Below are positions 55,643-64,000 of a DNA stretch of 64,000 bases, piece after piece (within the stretch, counting starts at the first letter, position 1; each line of letters opens with the position of its first letter). The stretch is from assembly GCA_030674475.1 (NCBI GenBank), contig JAUSCZ010000035.1, positions 6,432 to 70,431 of the forward strand. The letters run 5' to 3'. The stretch comes from Candidatus Omnitrophota bacterium (GTDB lineage: Bacteria; Omnitrophota; Gorgyraeia; Gygaellales; UBA12090). The notes under the pieces are model-generated. The model had not been told where the DNA came from, did not search any database, and was given only the letters and a program-made list of their open reading frames with translations. Both the position numbers and the translations under genes were made by a program.

Positions 55643-56278
55643 TTATGGTTTGTTTGCCAGAATTAACAAGGCATTGACAATTGCCGCGGCTACTGTGCTG
55701 CCGCCTTTTCGGCTCTTGTTAGTTATATATGGTATTTTCAAGCCGCGCAGGACCCTCTTGGACTCTGCCGCGCCTACAAAACCTACAGGGATGCCCACTA
55801 CCAACGCGGGTTTGGAATTGGCGTTTTTAATCAAATCACAAAGCTCAAAAAGCGCGGTCGGGGCATTGCCGATAGCGACTATCCCGCCTTCGTTTTCCCT
55901 TTGAGACTTACGCATCGCCACAATGGCCCGGGTAAGATTTAATTCTCCGGACTTTTTTATAACATCTCTATCGTGTATCCGGCAGATAATCTTATTTTTA
56001 AAGCAAGCAGTGATACTTTTGTTAATCCCGGCCATAACCATAGTAGAATCAACCACGATATTTTTGCCCTGCCTTATCGCCTTAAGCCCAGCCTCAATGG
56101 CGCCGGCGGAAAAAACCAAATCCCCGGCATAGCCCAAATCCGTGGTGGTATGGATCACCCGGGTAATCACCGCCTTGCGCGGCCCGGATAAATCTATCCC
56201 TTTTTTCTTAAGCAGGCCGCCGATAATCTCAAAACTCTTCTCCTCAATTCTACGGCCCTCATTTATTGGCTTCGTCAT
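55643..56278 (-). CDS. cbiC: Cobalt-precorrin-8 methylmutase
   Basis: IEEKSF, RVIHTT, IGNAPTAL, PVGFVGAAESK, KGGSTVAAA. Confidence 0.95.
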   Translation of the reverse strand: MTKPINEGRRIEEKSFEIIGGLLKKKGIDLSGPRKAVITRVIHTTTDLGYAGDLVFSAGAIEAGLKAIRQGKNIVVDSTMVMAGINKSITACFKNKIICRIHDRDVIKKSGELNLTRAIVAMRKSQRENEGGIVAIGNAPTALFELCDLIKNANSKPALVVGIPVGFVGAAESKRVLRGLKIPYITNKSRKGGSTVAAAIVNALLILANKP

Positions 56279-56292
56279 CGTTCTCCTTTTAC

Positions 56293-56314
56293 GCGCGATA
56301 AATCGCGCCGCTAC
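56293..56314. repeat. Family C REP supplying the TAG stop of the cbiX fusion
   Basis: gcgcgataaatcgcgccgctac, as in the 6492-6717 duplication. Confidence 0.8.
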
Positions 56315-56994
56315 AGTGTCGTACCTATGTTTTCTCTTATCTTATCCGCGACAATATCAGCTATGCGGCTGTCTTCGCCTAAGTTTTTGGTATAGATAAA
56401 ACGGACCTCCGGATACTTCTTCTTCTCCTGCTCAATTATTTCCGGGATATCCCGACTGACGTGATTGCCCACAAAAAGAAAAAAAGGAATAATAATTATC
56501 CTGCGGCAACCGGCCTTAGCCAGCTTTTCTAAGCTCTGGCCTAAATCAGGTTTGGCCAACTGTAAATAAGCCGGATATATTTTGGATAATCCCAAAGTCC
56601 GTTTTAAACCATTTATAATCTCCGGGATCAAGGCATTGGCCTTCTTTAATCTGCTGCCATGGCCCAGGACCACAACCCCGGTTTGTTTATCCGAGAAGGT
56701 TTTACTTCTCGCTTTAGCCACGGGGATATCTTTTCTTAAATAGCTGCCATGTTCGCTGATCAAGCGATAAATACGGTCAACTGTTTTTCTTTGGTGTATC
56801 CAGCCGCAGTCTTTGCAGGACCAGATCTTTTTATTAAGCCTTGAAGAATAGACATAGCGGCCCAGGCCTTCTTCTTGGCAGGGGTAGAATGGGCAGTAGC
56901 AAAAGGTGCAGTCTTCCAAATCCTCGTGGCAGGGGAAATAACTACAGGCATTATTTACCCTGAGTAAAGTCGAAGGGTTTGTTCTTTTAATCAT
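56311..56994 (-). CDS. cbiX: Cysteine-rich small domain fused to a CbiX/SirB chelatase
   Basis: CSYFPCH...CTFCYCPFYPC...WSCKDCGWIH, then GHGSR...P.FLFVGNHV..DIP. Confidence 0.82.
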   Translation of the reverse strand: MIKRTNPSTLLRVNNACSYFPCHEDLEDCTFCYCPFYPCQEEGLGRYVYSSRLNKKIWSCKDCGWIHQRKTVDRIYRLISEHGSYLRKDIPVAKARSKTFSDKQTGVVVLGHGSRLKKANALIPEIINGLKRTLGLSKIYPAYLQLAKPDLGQSLEKLAKAGCRRIIIIPFFLFVGNHVSRDIPEIIEQEKKKYPEVRFIYTKNLGEDSRIADIVADKIRENIGTTL

Positions 56995-58454
56995 CGGCTC
57001 TCGTGATAGCTTTTACAGTTTCTTATAAAATTCCGAACCAGGTTAAGGTTTGAGGCGAAATGCAGATGGGCGTAGCTGGCCAAGACATTTTTGTAAATTA
57101 AGCCGTCATAAAAAATCTTATCTTTATGCTTTGTTACCTTGTAAGCAAACTCAATGCCCTTTGGTAAAGCATCAAGATATGACCAGTGAAAGGTATGGGC
57201 GCGAATTTTATCACCTGCCCTGCTTAAGATATTATTTTTGACGACCTCAATATCAATATACCCTAATGCCTGCAATTTGCGCGCCATTATCGCGGAACAC
57301 TTAAAAATACCAGACATGGGAAAGCTTTTTTTCTTAAAATTAACGAGACGCTTCACCAAATACATTAAACCTCCACATTCGGCATATATTGGTAACCCCT
57401 CCTCCGCGCGCTGATGCGTCTCCTGTCTAAGGCTTATATTCTTGGCTAACCTCTCGGCAAAAAGCTCCGGGTAGCCGCCGCCGATATACATACCGTCTAT
57501 CCCTTGGGGTAAAGATTTATCCTTAAGCGGACTGAATTCCACCAGACGCGCTCCTAAAGCTTCCAGAATATCCAGATTATCCTGGTAATAGAAATTAAAG
57601 GCCTTATCCCTGGCAATGGCGATGGTAACTTGTATTGCGTCAGTTGAATTTAATATCTTGTCATTCCCGCGAAAGCGGGAATCCAACTGTATAGATTCCC
57701 CGGTCAAGCCGGGGAATGACAAATTAACCGCCGCTAATCCCGGCGCCTGTTTGCTTATTTTTATTATGCGCCGCAGGTCTATATTTTTCTCCACCAAAAC
57801 GCGTAATTTAGCATATAAACCTGTATCCAGTTTTTTCTCTCCGGCCGGCACCAGGCCCAGGTGCCTCTCGGGAAGCCTTATCCCCGCATCCTTGGGCAAA
57901 AACCCCAATACTGGAATTCTCGTCTTTTTTTCAATTGCCGATTTGGTAAAATGATAATGGTTTGGGCTTCCTATATTATTCAGGATTACCCCGGACAGAT
58001 TCACCTTTTTATCAAACTCTTTACAGCCTAAGACTATTGCCGCCGCGCTCCGGGAAAACGAGGCGGCGTTTAAGACCAGGATCACCGGCGCGCCCAATAT
58101 CTTGGCTAAATGCGCGGTTGAGCCGTATTCCGTATCCCGGAAACCGTCATAAAGCCCCATCACCCCTTCTATAACCGAGATATCCGCTCCCTTGGCGTTT
58201 CTGGTAAATAACTCTAAGATTGCCCCCGGCTGGATCAGCCAGGAGTCCAGATTCCGGCTGATCCTGGCGCAGACCGCGCTATGCTGCATCGGGTCCAGAT
58301 AATCCGGCCCAGCCTTAAAAGGCTGAACCCGCAAGCCCATCTTGCGCAAGGCCAGCATCACCCCTAAAGTTAAGGTGGTCTTTCCGCTTCCGCTTTGGGT
58401 AGCGGCAAAGACTATCCGAGGACACCCGTCGGGTGTCTTTTTTAAGGTTTTCAT
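56991..58454 (-). CDS. cbiA: Cobyrinate a,c-diamide synthase with an in-frame family D insert
   Basis: SGSGKTT, KAGPDYLDP, EGVMGLYDG, ERHLGL, AFNFYY, YAECGG. Confidence 0.93.
   Translation of the reverse strand: MKTLKKTPDGCPRIVFAATQSGSGKTTLTLGVMLALRKMGLRVQPFKAGPDYLDPMQHSAVCARISRNLDSWLIQPGAILELFTRNAKGADISVIEGVMGLYDGFRDTEYGSTAHLAKILGAPVILVLNAASFSRSAAAIVLGCKEFDKKVNLSGVILNNIGSPNHYHFTKSAIEKKTRIPVLGFLPKDAGIRLPERHLGLVPAGEKKLDTGLYAKLRVLVEKNIDLRRIIKISKQAPGLAAVNLSFPGLTGESIQLDSRFRGNDKILNSTDAIQVTIAIARDKAFNFYYQDNLDILEALGARLVEFSPLKDKSLPQGIDGMYIGGGYPELFAERLAKNISLRQETHQRAEEGLPIYAECGGLMYLVKRLVNFKKKSFPMSGIFKCSAIMARKLQALGYIDIEVVKNNILSRAGDKIRAHTFHWSYLDALPKGIEFAYKVTKHKDKIFYDGLIYKNVLASYAHLHFASNLNLVRNFIRNCKSYHESR
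57658..57722. repeat. Family D REP doublet in frame in cbiA
   Basis: gtcattcccgcgaaagcgggaatcca...gattccccggtcaagccggggaatgac; encodes SFPGLTGESIQLDSRFRGND. Confidence 0.88.
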
Positions 58455-59791
58455 AATTGGTAATTATAGACCAGGTTATCCCAGCCTTCTTCCCGGAAAC
58501 AGTATTTTTCTTTACCCTCGGCAATCAGCTTAAAGGCATGCCTAATCACCGCTTTGTAAAACTCACAGAATACGGCCTTCTGAAACATATTCCCCATAGA
58601 ACCCAGCTCCGCAGGGCAGGGCGAACCGCAGATATTACGGTAAAGGCAGGCATCACATTCGGCAATCTTCTCCACAAAACGGGAACGGATCTTCTGAAAA
58701 GGCGCCGACTGCATTGCCTCTTTTATCCCGGTCTTGAAGATATTACCTCCGGATGAATTCTTCAAGCCGATAAACTCTCCGCAAGGGATCATCTCTCCCG
58801 ATGCGGTAACCGTCAGGAAACAGCGGCCTCCTCCGCAAGGCGAAATATCGCACATCATCCTGCGGGCCTCGGGGGCAACTATGCCTAAGATAGTGTTGCT
58901 GAAATTAGCCACGACTATCCTGCGGCCGGAGCTTTGAGACAACTCTATCGCGGTATCTACGGCTTTCAGGAAATTCTTAGTCATCAGTTTTTCATCCGGC
59001 TTAGTTTTCAGGCTATGTTTCTGGGTCAATCTTACCGGATTAAACAACACGCAAGGGACCTTTTTGCTATGCAGGAACTTCACCAATTTATCTAATGAAT
59101 GAATGTTGAACTTGGTCATTGTGGAGATAACATTTAAACCCTGGTATCCATCAAACCAGTCAATTGCCCGAATCACCGCGTCAAAATTCCCTCCCTTAGC
59201 CGATGGCCGAGTCTTGTTATTTAAAGAACGCAGAGGAGCATCCAAGGAAATCCCTACCCCCACCCGGTATTCTTTCAAGAATTCCACATCCTCTTTTTCT
59301 AATAACAGACCATTGGTCTGCAGGCCGAAGCTAAACTTGTCCTTAAATTCCCTGATTGCCGAAAAGACCGCCTCTTTAGCCAAGAGCGGCTCGCTGGCAT
59401 GAAAGATAATGACCGGCTTTCTCTTTTTATCCCGAAAATAATCCAGCACCTTATTCAAGGCCTGGCGAAGTTGTTCCTTAGTCATTTGAGCGCCGTGTTT
59501 ACGCATCTTGGCCGGGACATAGCAATAAGGGCAGTTGGAATTACAGCGGTCAGTCGGGTCAATATAGACCGCGGAAAGCTCCGCGCTAAACCTGAACTGT
59601 TTCATTTCCCCATCTAAGCTGTCCTTTTGCTTTTGGTAAAGGGATAAAACCTCGCGGGACACAAAGGGCGCGCCTTGCGCGTCTTTAGCCGTCATCGCCC
59701 AAAAGACATTGTCCGCGTCAATCAAGACCGTATTAGCCTGATCAATACTATGGACAGCCAAGCCATTCACCTTTTCATCTGAATTAGACAT
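58451..59791 (-). CDS. cbpB: Peptide-modifying radical SAM/SPASM enzyme, CbpB type
   Basis: CNSNCPYC motif, Cys-rich SPASM tail (CDISPCGGGRCF...CDAC...CGSPCPAE), cobalamin-cluster context, peptide gene upstream. Confidence 0.8.
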   Translation of the reverse strand: MSNSDEKVNGLAVHSIDQANTVLIDADNVFWAMTAKDAQGAPFVSREVLSLYQKQKDSLDGEMKQFRFSAELSAVYIDPTDRCNSNCPYCYVPAKMRKHGAQMTKEQLRQALNKVLDYFRDKKRKPVIIFHASEPLLAKEAVFSAIREFKDKFSFGLQTNGLLLEKEDVEFLKEYRVGVGISLDAPLRSLNNKTRPSAKGGNFDAVIRAIDWFDGYQGLNVISTMTKFNIHSLDKLVKFLHSKKVPCVLFNPVRLTQKHSLKTKPDEKLMTKNFLKAVDTAIELSQSSGRRIVVANFSNTILGIVAPEARRMMCDISPCGGGRCFLTVTASGEMIPCGEFIGLKNSSGGNIFKTGIKEAMQSAPFQKIRSRFVEKIAECDACLYRNICGSPCPAELGSMGNMFQKAVFCEFYKAVIRHAFKLIAEGKEKYCFREEGWDNLVYNYQL

Positions 59792-59822
59792 AATTTAAAT
59801 CTCCAAATTAGTATAATCTACC

Positions 59823-60074
59823 TATTGTAACGGAGCTGGGGGTTTTCGCAGCGAATGTCGGTTTTAGCCAAAGCAGCTTTCGGATTTTCGGGAATCCCGA
59901 GGCCGAAGCCGTAAGGCGAGGCAAACTCGGGACGGCGAGGATGTTTGAGCTGTTTTTGCTAGAGCAAAAACAGCGAGTTCCGCAGCCGCCGAAAATACGA
60001 AAGAACTTTGGCGGCCCCGCCAAAGGCGGGGCAAAACCGACCTGAGCGAGAAAACCCTCAGCTCCGTTATAATA
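59823..60074. mobile_element. ~250-bp MITE-like long fold-back element
   Basis: tattgtaacggagctg/cagctccgttataata ends; nested pairs ggttttc/gaaaacc, gtcggtttt/aaaaccgac, gccaaag/ctttggc, attttcgg/ccgaaaat. Confidence 0.7.
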
Positions 60075-60078
60075 TATT

Positions 60079-60237
60079 CTACAATAACGTCTTCTCCTTC
60101 GGCACATCACCATACATCACAAAATGCGACAGACCGTTGGCGGTCTTGGCGCATTTGAGCCGGTAGGACATCTCCCCGGAAACCGGCTTTGACTTCTGTT
60201 TCTTGTTCTCCTTGCCGCTTTCTACCTTCTTTGCCAT
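60079..60237 (-). CDS. cbpA: CbpA-like modified-peptide precursor, 52 aa (not in the ORF track)
   Basis: AGGAGG RBS; MAKKVESGKENKKQKSKPVSGEMSYRLKCAKTANGLSHFVMYGDVPKEKTLL; R..C.....GLSH motif. Confidence 0.78.
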   Translation of the reverse strand: MAKKVESGKENKKQKSKPVSGEMSYRLKCAKTANGLSHFVMYGDVPKEKTLL

Positions 60238-60256
60238 AGCTCTACTCACCTCCTTT

Positions 60257-61201
60257 TTAATATTTTAACATCCAAGTTAAACCTATTCCTGATAACAATG
60301 CCAGGAACGAACTAGCATACACAATCCTGATACTTTCTAAGATATGCCTGGCCTCTAATGGGCAGGCGCCATCCCCGATATACGGCTCTACCTTGGCCGA
60401 GGAATTATAAAAATTCACTCCCCCCAGCCGCACCCCCAATGCCCCGGCCATTGCCGCCTCCGGCAGGCCGCTGTTGGGACTGGCGTTTTTCCGGCCATCC
60501 CTTAAGGCCAGGCGAAAGGCCGAAGAGCCGTCCTGGCCGCAGACCCAGCTTCCTAAAGACAAAAATAAAACCGACAAACGCGCCGGGATATAATTCGCAA
60601 AATCATCCAGCCTGGCCGAGGCCCAGCCAAAATCAATATATCTTTCATTCTTATAACCAACCATTGAATCCAGGGTACTTACTGCCTTATAGGCCAGGGC
60701 CAAAGGCGCGCCGCCTATAAAGGTATAGAACAGCGGCGAGAGTATTCCGTCCACAAAATTTTCCCCCACAGTCTCAACCGCGGCCCGGGCCACCTCTTTC
60801 TCATCCAGATTTCCGGTATCCCTGCCCACTACTTGAGAAAGTAAGCTCCTAGCCTGGGCCAGGTCATTGTCCTTTAGCCTGGAATATACCCGCATTGTAT
60901 GGGCCTTTAAATCCTTGATCGCGATTGCGGTATAAATAAAGAACACCTCTAAGGCCGCGCCGAAGAAAGGATTAAGCTGATAACCTGCCTTTATTATTCC
61001 CCAAACCAGGAAATAAGTCAATCCAATAACCAAAACCACCAAGATAACCCCGGCTATCTTTAAATTAAAGATATACCTGCGCAGAAAATCCTCCAGATGC
61101 CGGACAAGAAATCCGATTATCCTTACCGGATGGGGAAACCAGCGCGGATCACCAAAAATAATATCCAAAAAATAGGCCAAAATTATATTAATTCCCGGCA
61201 T
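60257..61201 (-). CDS. cbiB: Adenosylcobinamide-phosphate synthase
   Basis: GDP..HPV, VGRDT, TLDSMVGY, SPNSGLPEAAMAGAL. Confidence 0.95.
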   Translation of the reverse strand: MPGINIILAYFLDIIFGDPRWFPHPVRIIGFLVRHLEDFLRRYIFNLKIAGVILVVLVIGLTYFLVWGIIKAGYQLNPFFGAALEVFFIYTAIAIKDLKAHTMRVYSRLKDNDLAQARSLLSQVVGRDTGNLDEKEVARAAVETVGENFVDGILSPLFYTFIGGAPLALAYKAVSTLDSMVGYKNERYIDFGWASARLDDFANYIPARLSVLFLSLGSWVCGQDGSSAFRLALRDGRKNASPNSGLPEAAMAGALGVRLGGVNFYNSSAKVEPYIGDGACPLEARHILESIRIVYASSFLALLSGIGLTWMLKY

Positions 61202-62678
61202 TTATAATTCTCTCTAATTCTTTCATATCCATATTATTCTCCACCAAATCCGCCAGCTTCTCAAACTCCGCGTCTAAGTTAATCCCCGAAGCCCTGGCTT
61301 TAAGCGGCAGGCCTTTCTTCATCCGGAGCTTATTCAGGATAAGATTACGAAAACCCGGCTGATCAAATACCCCATGCAGATAACTGCCGTAGACCCGGCC
61401 GTCGTTTGACACTGCCCCGTCGTTGTAGCTTTTACCTGAAATATCCGTAACCTCAAAAAGCGCCTTCTGCCCATTTAAACGGTTGGTCAATCCATGATGA
61501 ATTTCGTATCCGCGGACCCGGATATTTTTCCGCAACATCCTCCCCTTTACCCGGCGCAGGATTTTTTCTTTCCCGAAAGAAGTTTCTACCTTTAATAATC
61601 CTATCCCCCGGATTTCCCTTAAATCGGATTCAACACCCAGAGGATCAACTATTTTAACCCCCAGCATCTGAAACCCTCCGCAGACCCCGAAAATAAGCGC
61701 GCCCTGCTGATGCGATTGTTTTATTACCTGGGTTAAACCGGAATTATGCAGATAGCGCGTATCTCCCAGGGTATTCTTGCTCCCCGGGATAATCAGCATA
61801 TCCGCGTCTTCCAAATCCTTCTTCCCCTGGGCATAACTTAAATCCACATCGCTTTCATAAGCCAGGCTGTCAAAATCGGTAAAATTAGAGATGTGCGGCA
61901 ATTTTAACACTGCTATTTTTAGGGGATGCCCGGTTTTGTTTTTCTTATTCTCAATATTCGCCGAGTCTTCTTCCGGGATCAAGATATCCTTAAAATAAGG
62001 AATAACCCCGCAGACCTTCTTGCCGGTAACTTTTTTAATATACTCCAGTCCGCTCTTTAAAAGCCTTTTATCTCCCCGGAATTTATTAATAATCAGGCCT
62101 TGTATCCGGCGGCGCGATCTCTCCGGCAAAAGGGCGAGGGTGCCGTATAGAGAGGCAAAGACCCCGCCTTTATCTATATCCCCGGCCAGCAACACCGGGC
62201 TTTGGGCATAGTCCGCGATTTTGAGATTGGCGATATCGTGGCTGGAGAGGTTTATCTCCGCGGGACTGCCTGCCCCCTCCATAATCACCAGGTCATAATC
62301 CTTCCTTAGCCGATCCAAAGAGTCAGTAACCGCGCCCCAAATCCTGGCCTTAAGATTTTTATACTGCAGGGCGGAGTATTTTCCTATCGGCCTGCCCCGC
62401 AAAATCACCTGGGCCATCGCGTTGCTTGAAGGCTTTAAGAGCACCGGGTTCATATCCACATCCGGCTCAAGACGGGCGGCCTGGGCCTGAACCACCTGGG
62501 CCCGGGCAATCTCCCCGCCGTCTAAGGTAACATAGGAATTTAAAGACATATTCTGGGCCTTAAACGGACAGACCCGCAAACCCCGCCTCAAAAATATACG
62601 GCACAAAGCGCTGACCAAAACACTCTTGCCCACCCCAGAGGCAGTGCCCCAAACCATTAAAGTCTTGGCCTGTTTCAC
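61188..62678 (-). CDS. cobQ: Cobyric acid synthase
   Basis: GTASGVGKS, PFKAQNMS, EGAGSPAEINL, CGGFQMLG, GYEIH. Confidence 0.96.
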   Translation of the reverse strand: MKQAKTLMVWGTASGVGKSVLVSALCRIFLRRGLRVCPFKAQNMSLNSYVTLDGGEIARAQVVQAQAARLEPDVDMNPVLLKPSSNAMAQVILRGRPIGKYSALQYKNLKARIWGAVTDSLDRLRKDYDLVIMEGAGSPAEINLSSHDIANLKIADYAQSPVLLAGDIDKGGVFASLYGTLALLPERSRRRIQGLIINKFRGDKRLLKSGLEYIKKVTGKKVCGVIPYFKDILIPEEDSANIENKKNKTGHPLKIAVLKLPHISNFTDFDSLAYESDVDLSYAQGKKDLEDADMLIIPGSKNTLGDTRYLHNSGLTQVIKQSHQQGALIFGVCGGFQMLGVKIVDPLGVESDLREIRGIGLLKVETSFGKEKILRRVKGRMLRKNIRVRGYEIHHGLTNRLNGQKALFEVTDISGKSYNDGAVSNDGRVYGSYLHGVFDQPGFRNLILNKLRMKKGLPLKARASGINLDAEFEKLADLVENNMDMKELERIINAGN

Positions 62679-63757
62679 TCTAACACCTCTTTCAGTCTGG
62701 AGAGCAGTTTCAGGTTCTCTTTTCTGGCGCGCACCGCTACCCGGAAAAAACTTTTATCCAATCCCCGGAAATTGGAACAATCCCTAACCAAAATACCTTT
62801 TAAGGCTAATCTGTCCCTTATTCCCCCTCCCCTAACCCCTCCCGCGCGGGGAGGGGAATTTGTTTGACAAAGGATAAAGTTAGCTGAAGGTCTCCAGACC
62901 TGCAAAGCTCTAAAACCGGATAATTGAGAATAAAGAAATACCTTTTCTTCCTGAATTAATTTATAGGAATCACGGATATACTTTTTATCTTTCAGGAACT
63001 CTCTGGCCGCGGATACCGCCAAGGAATTTACCGGCCAGGGCGGCTGATATTTCTTAAGCCGGGCAATCACCTTAGGATGAGCGATAGCCCCCCCCAACCT
63101 TAAACCGGCTAAAGCAAAGAACTTGGTCATTGAACGCAGGATGATTAACCCCTGGGATTGGACTGCCTCGCCAATCAGGGTGGCTTCCCGCGGGGAATCG
63201 CTAAATTCCATAAACACCTCATCCAGGATCAAGATTACGCCTCTATTTTTTGTTTCCTTCAAAACCATTAAGAGGTCTTTTTTATCCACGGATAGACTGG
63301 TAGGATTATTGGGATTGGCTAAATACAGGGAATCCTTTCCTCTAAGCCCCTTGATTAAACTATCCACATCCAGACTAAAGTCAGCTTTAGGTTTCAAGAA
63401 CGCGGCCTCGCCGGAAGACAGACACGCCGCCTTTTCATATTCGCTGAATGCCGGAACAGGGATAAGCGCCTTCTTCAATCCCAAGGCCCGGGGGATAAGA
63501 TAGATTAAAGACACGGAGCCGTTATCCAGCAGGAGATTTTGCGGCTTCACTCCGTAAAAAGCGGCCAGGTCTTTTCTTAATTCCAAGTATTCGCATTCCG
63601 GATAGTTGTGCGCGCTATCCATAGCCTTAGTTACCGCCCTTTTCACCGCGTAAGGGATGCCTAAAGGATTTATGTTGGCGCTAAAGTCTATAACCGCGCT
63701 CTCCACAAGCGAATACTGTTTTAAGGCCTGCTCTATATTCCCGCCGTGTTCATCCAT
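62675..63757 (-). CDS. cobD: L-threonine-O-3-phosphate decarboxylase with an in-frame family A segment
   Basis: HGGN, DFSANINPLG, NPNNPT, RSMTKFFALAGLRLG, RDCSNF. Confidence 0.9.
   Translation of the reverse strand: MDEHGGNIEQALKQYSLVESAVIDFSANINPLGIPYAVKRAVTKAMDSAHNYPECEYLELRKDLAAFYGVKPQNLLLDNGSVSLIYLIPRALGLKKALIPVPAFSEYEKAACLSSGEAAFLKPKADFSLDVDSLIKGLRGKDSLYLANPNNPTSLSVDKKDLLMVLKETKNRGVILILDEVFMEFSDSPREATLIGEAVQSQGLIILRSMTKFFALAGLRLGGAIAHPKVIARLKKYQPPWPVNSLAVSAAREFLKDKKYIRDSYKLIQEEKVFLYSQLSGFRALQVWRPSANFILCQTNSPPRAGGVRGGGIRDRLALKGILVRDCSNFRGLDKSFFRVAVRARKENLKLLSRLKEVLE
62823..62856. repeat. Family A hairpin in frame in cobD
   Basis: ccccctcccctaacccctcccgcgcggggagggg; encodes SPPRAGGVRGG. 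Confidence 0.8.
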
Positions 63758-64000
63758 AATAAGACCAGAATTTCTATCCCTTCATTCATCGCGCCGATAG
63801 CATCGCCGGTTATCCCGCCTATCTTGCGCCGGAAATAATTCTTAGCCAACCGGATAATCAATACTAAGAATACCAGGAGTAAGGCTAAAGAAACCGGCTT
63901 TAATAAAAACAGGCAAATGCCAAACATTATCATGCTGGAAAACCCAAATATGCCGGGAGTTAAATTACCGCTAAAATACCCGCCCCGGCTCTCTGCCCGG
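63733..64000 (-). CDS. cobS: Cobalamin synthase, 3' part (runs off the window end)
   Basis: Hydrophobic, with the RKIGGITGDAIGAMNE motif; cob cluster context. Confidence 0.85.
   Translation of the reverse strand, partial: RAESRGGYFSGNLTPGIFGFSSMIMFGICLFLLKPVSLALLLVFLVLIIRLAKNYFRRKIGGITGDAIGAMNEGIEILVLLWMNTAGI

Noticed and set aside
59808-60113. 101-aa ORF from the track
   Set aside because: It spans the fold-back element, overlaps cbpA in another frame and has no recognisable motif

Overview
Bacterial chromosomal window that is mostly coding, mainly on the minus strand. Gene content and the many short palindromic repeats resemble Omnitrophota/PVC-type genomes, but this is inference, not a taxonomic assignment. 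Housekeeping genes include apt, ppdK, glyQS, panB, tsaD, ctpA, gatCAB and prmA. The window also carries hppA, fixCX-exbBD, a liv ABC transporter, a classical menaquinone cluster (menFDBACE plus a thioesterase) and three toxin-antitoxin-like pairs. A long anaerobic cobalamin cluster contains a cobalamin riboswitch, cbiMQO, a CbpB-type radical SAM/SPASM enzyme and an uncalled 52-aa CbpA-like peptide. The most striking signal is a set of tiny mobile DNAs. Two stand-alone GIY-YIG nuclease genes show insertion footprints: one duplicated and overlaps the 5' half of tRNA-Arg(CCT), and one sits on the cbiO start codon between 14-bp inverted repeats and 5-bp direct repeats. Several families of short palindromes occur between genes and in frame inside proteins (TsaD, CbiA, CobD, CbiX, CbiL, a deacetylase). 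In a TPR gene, one in-frame hairpin carries a TAA stop while the downstream frame stays open. Coordinates were read by eye and may be off by a few bases at repeat boundaries.
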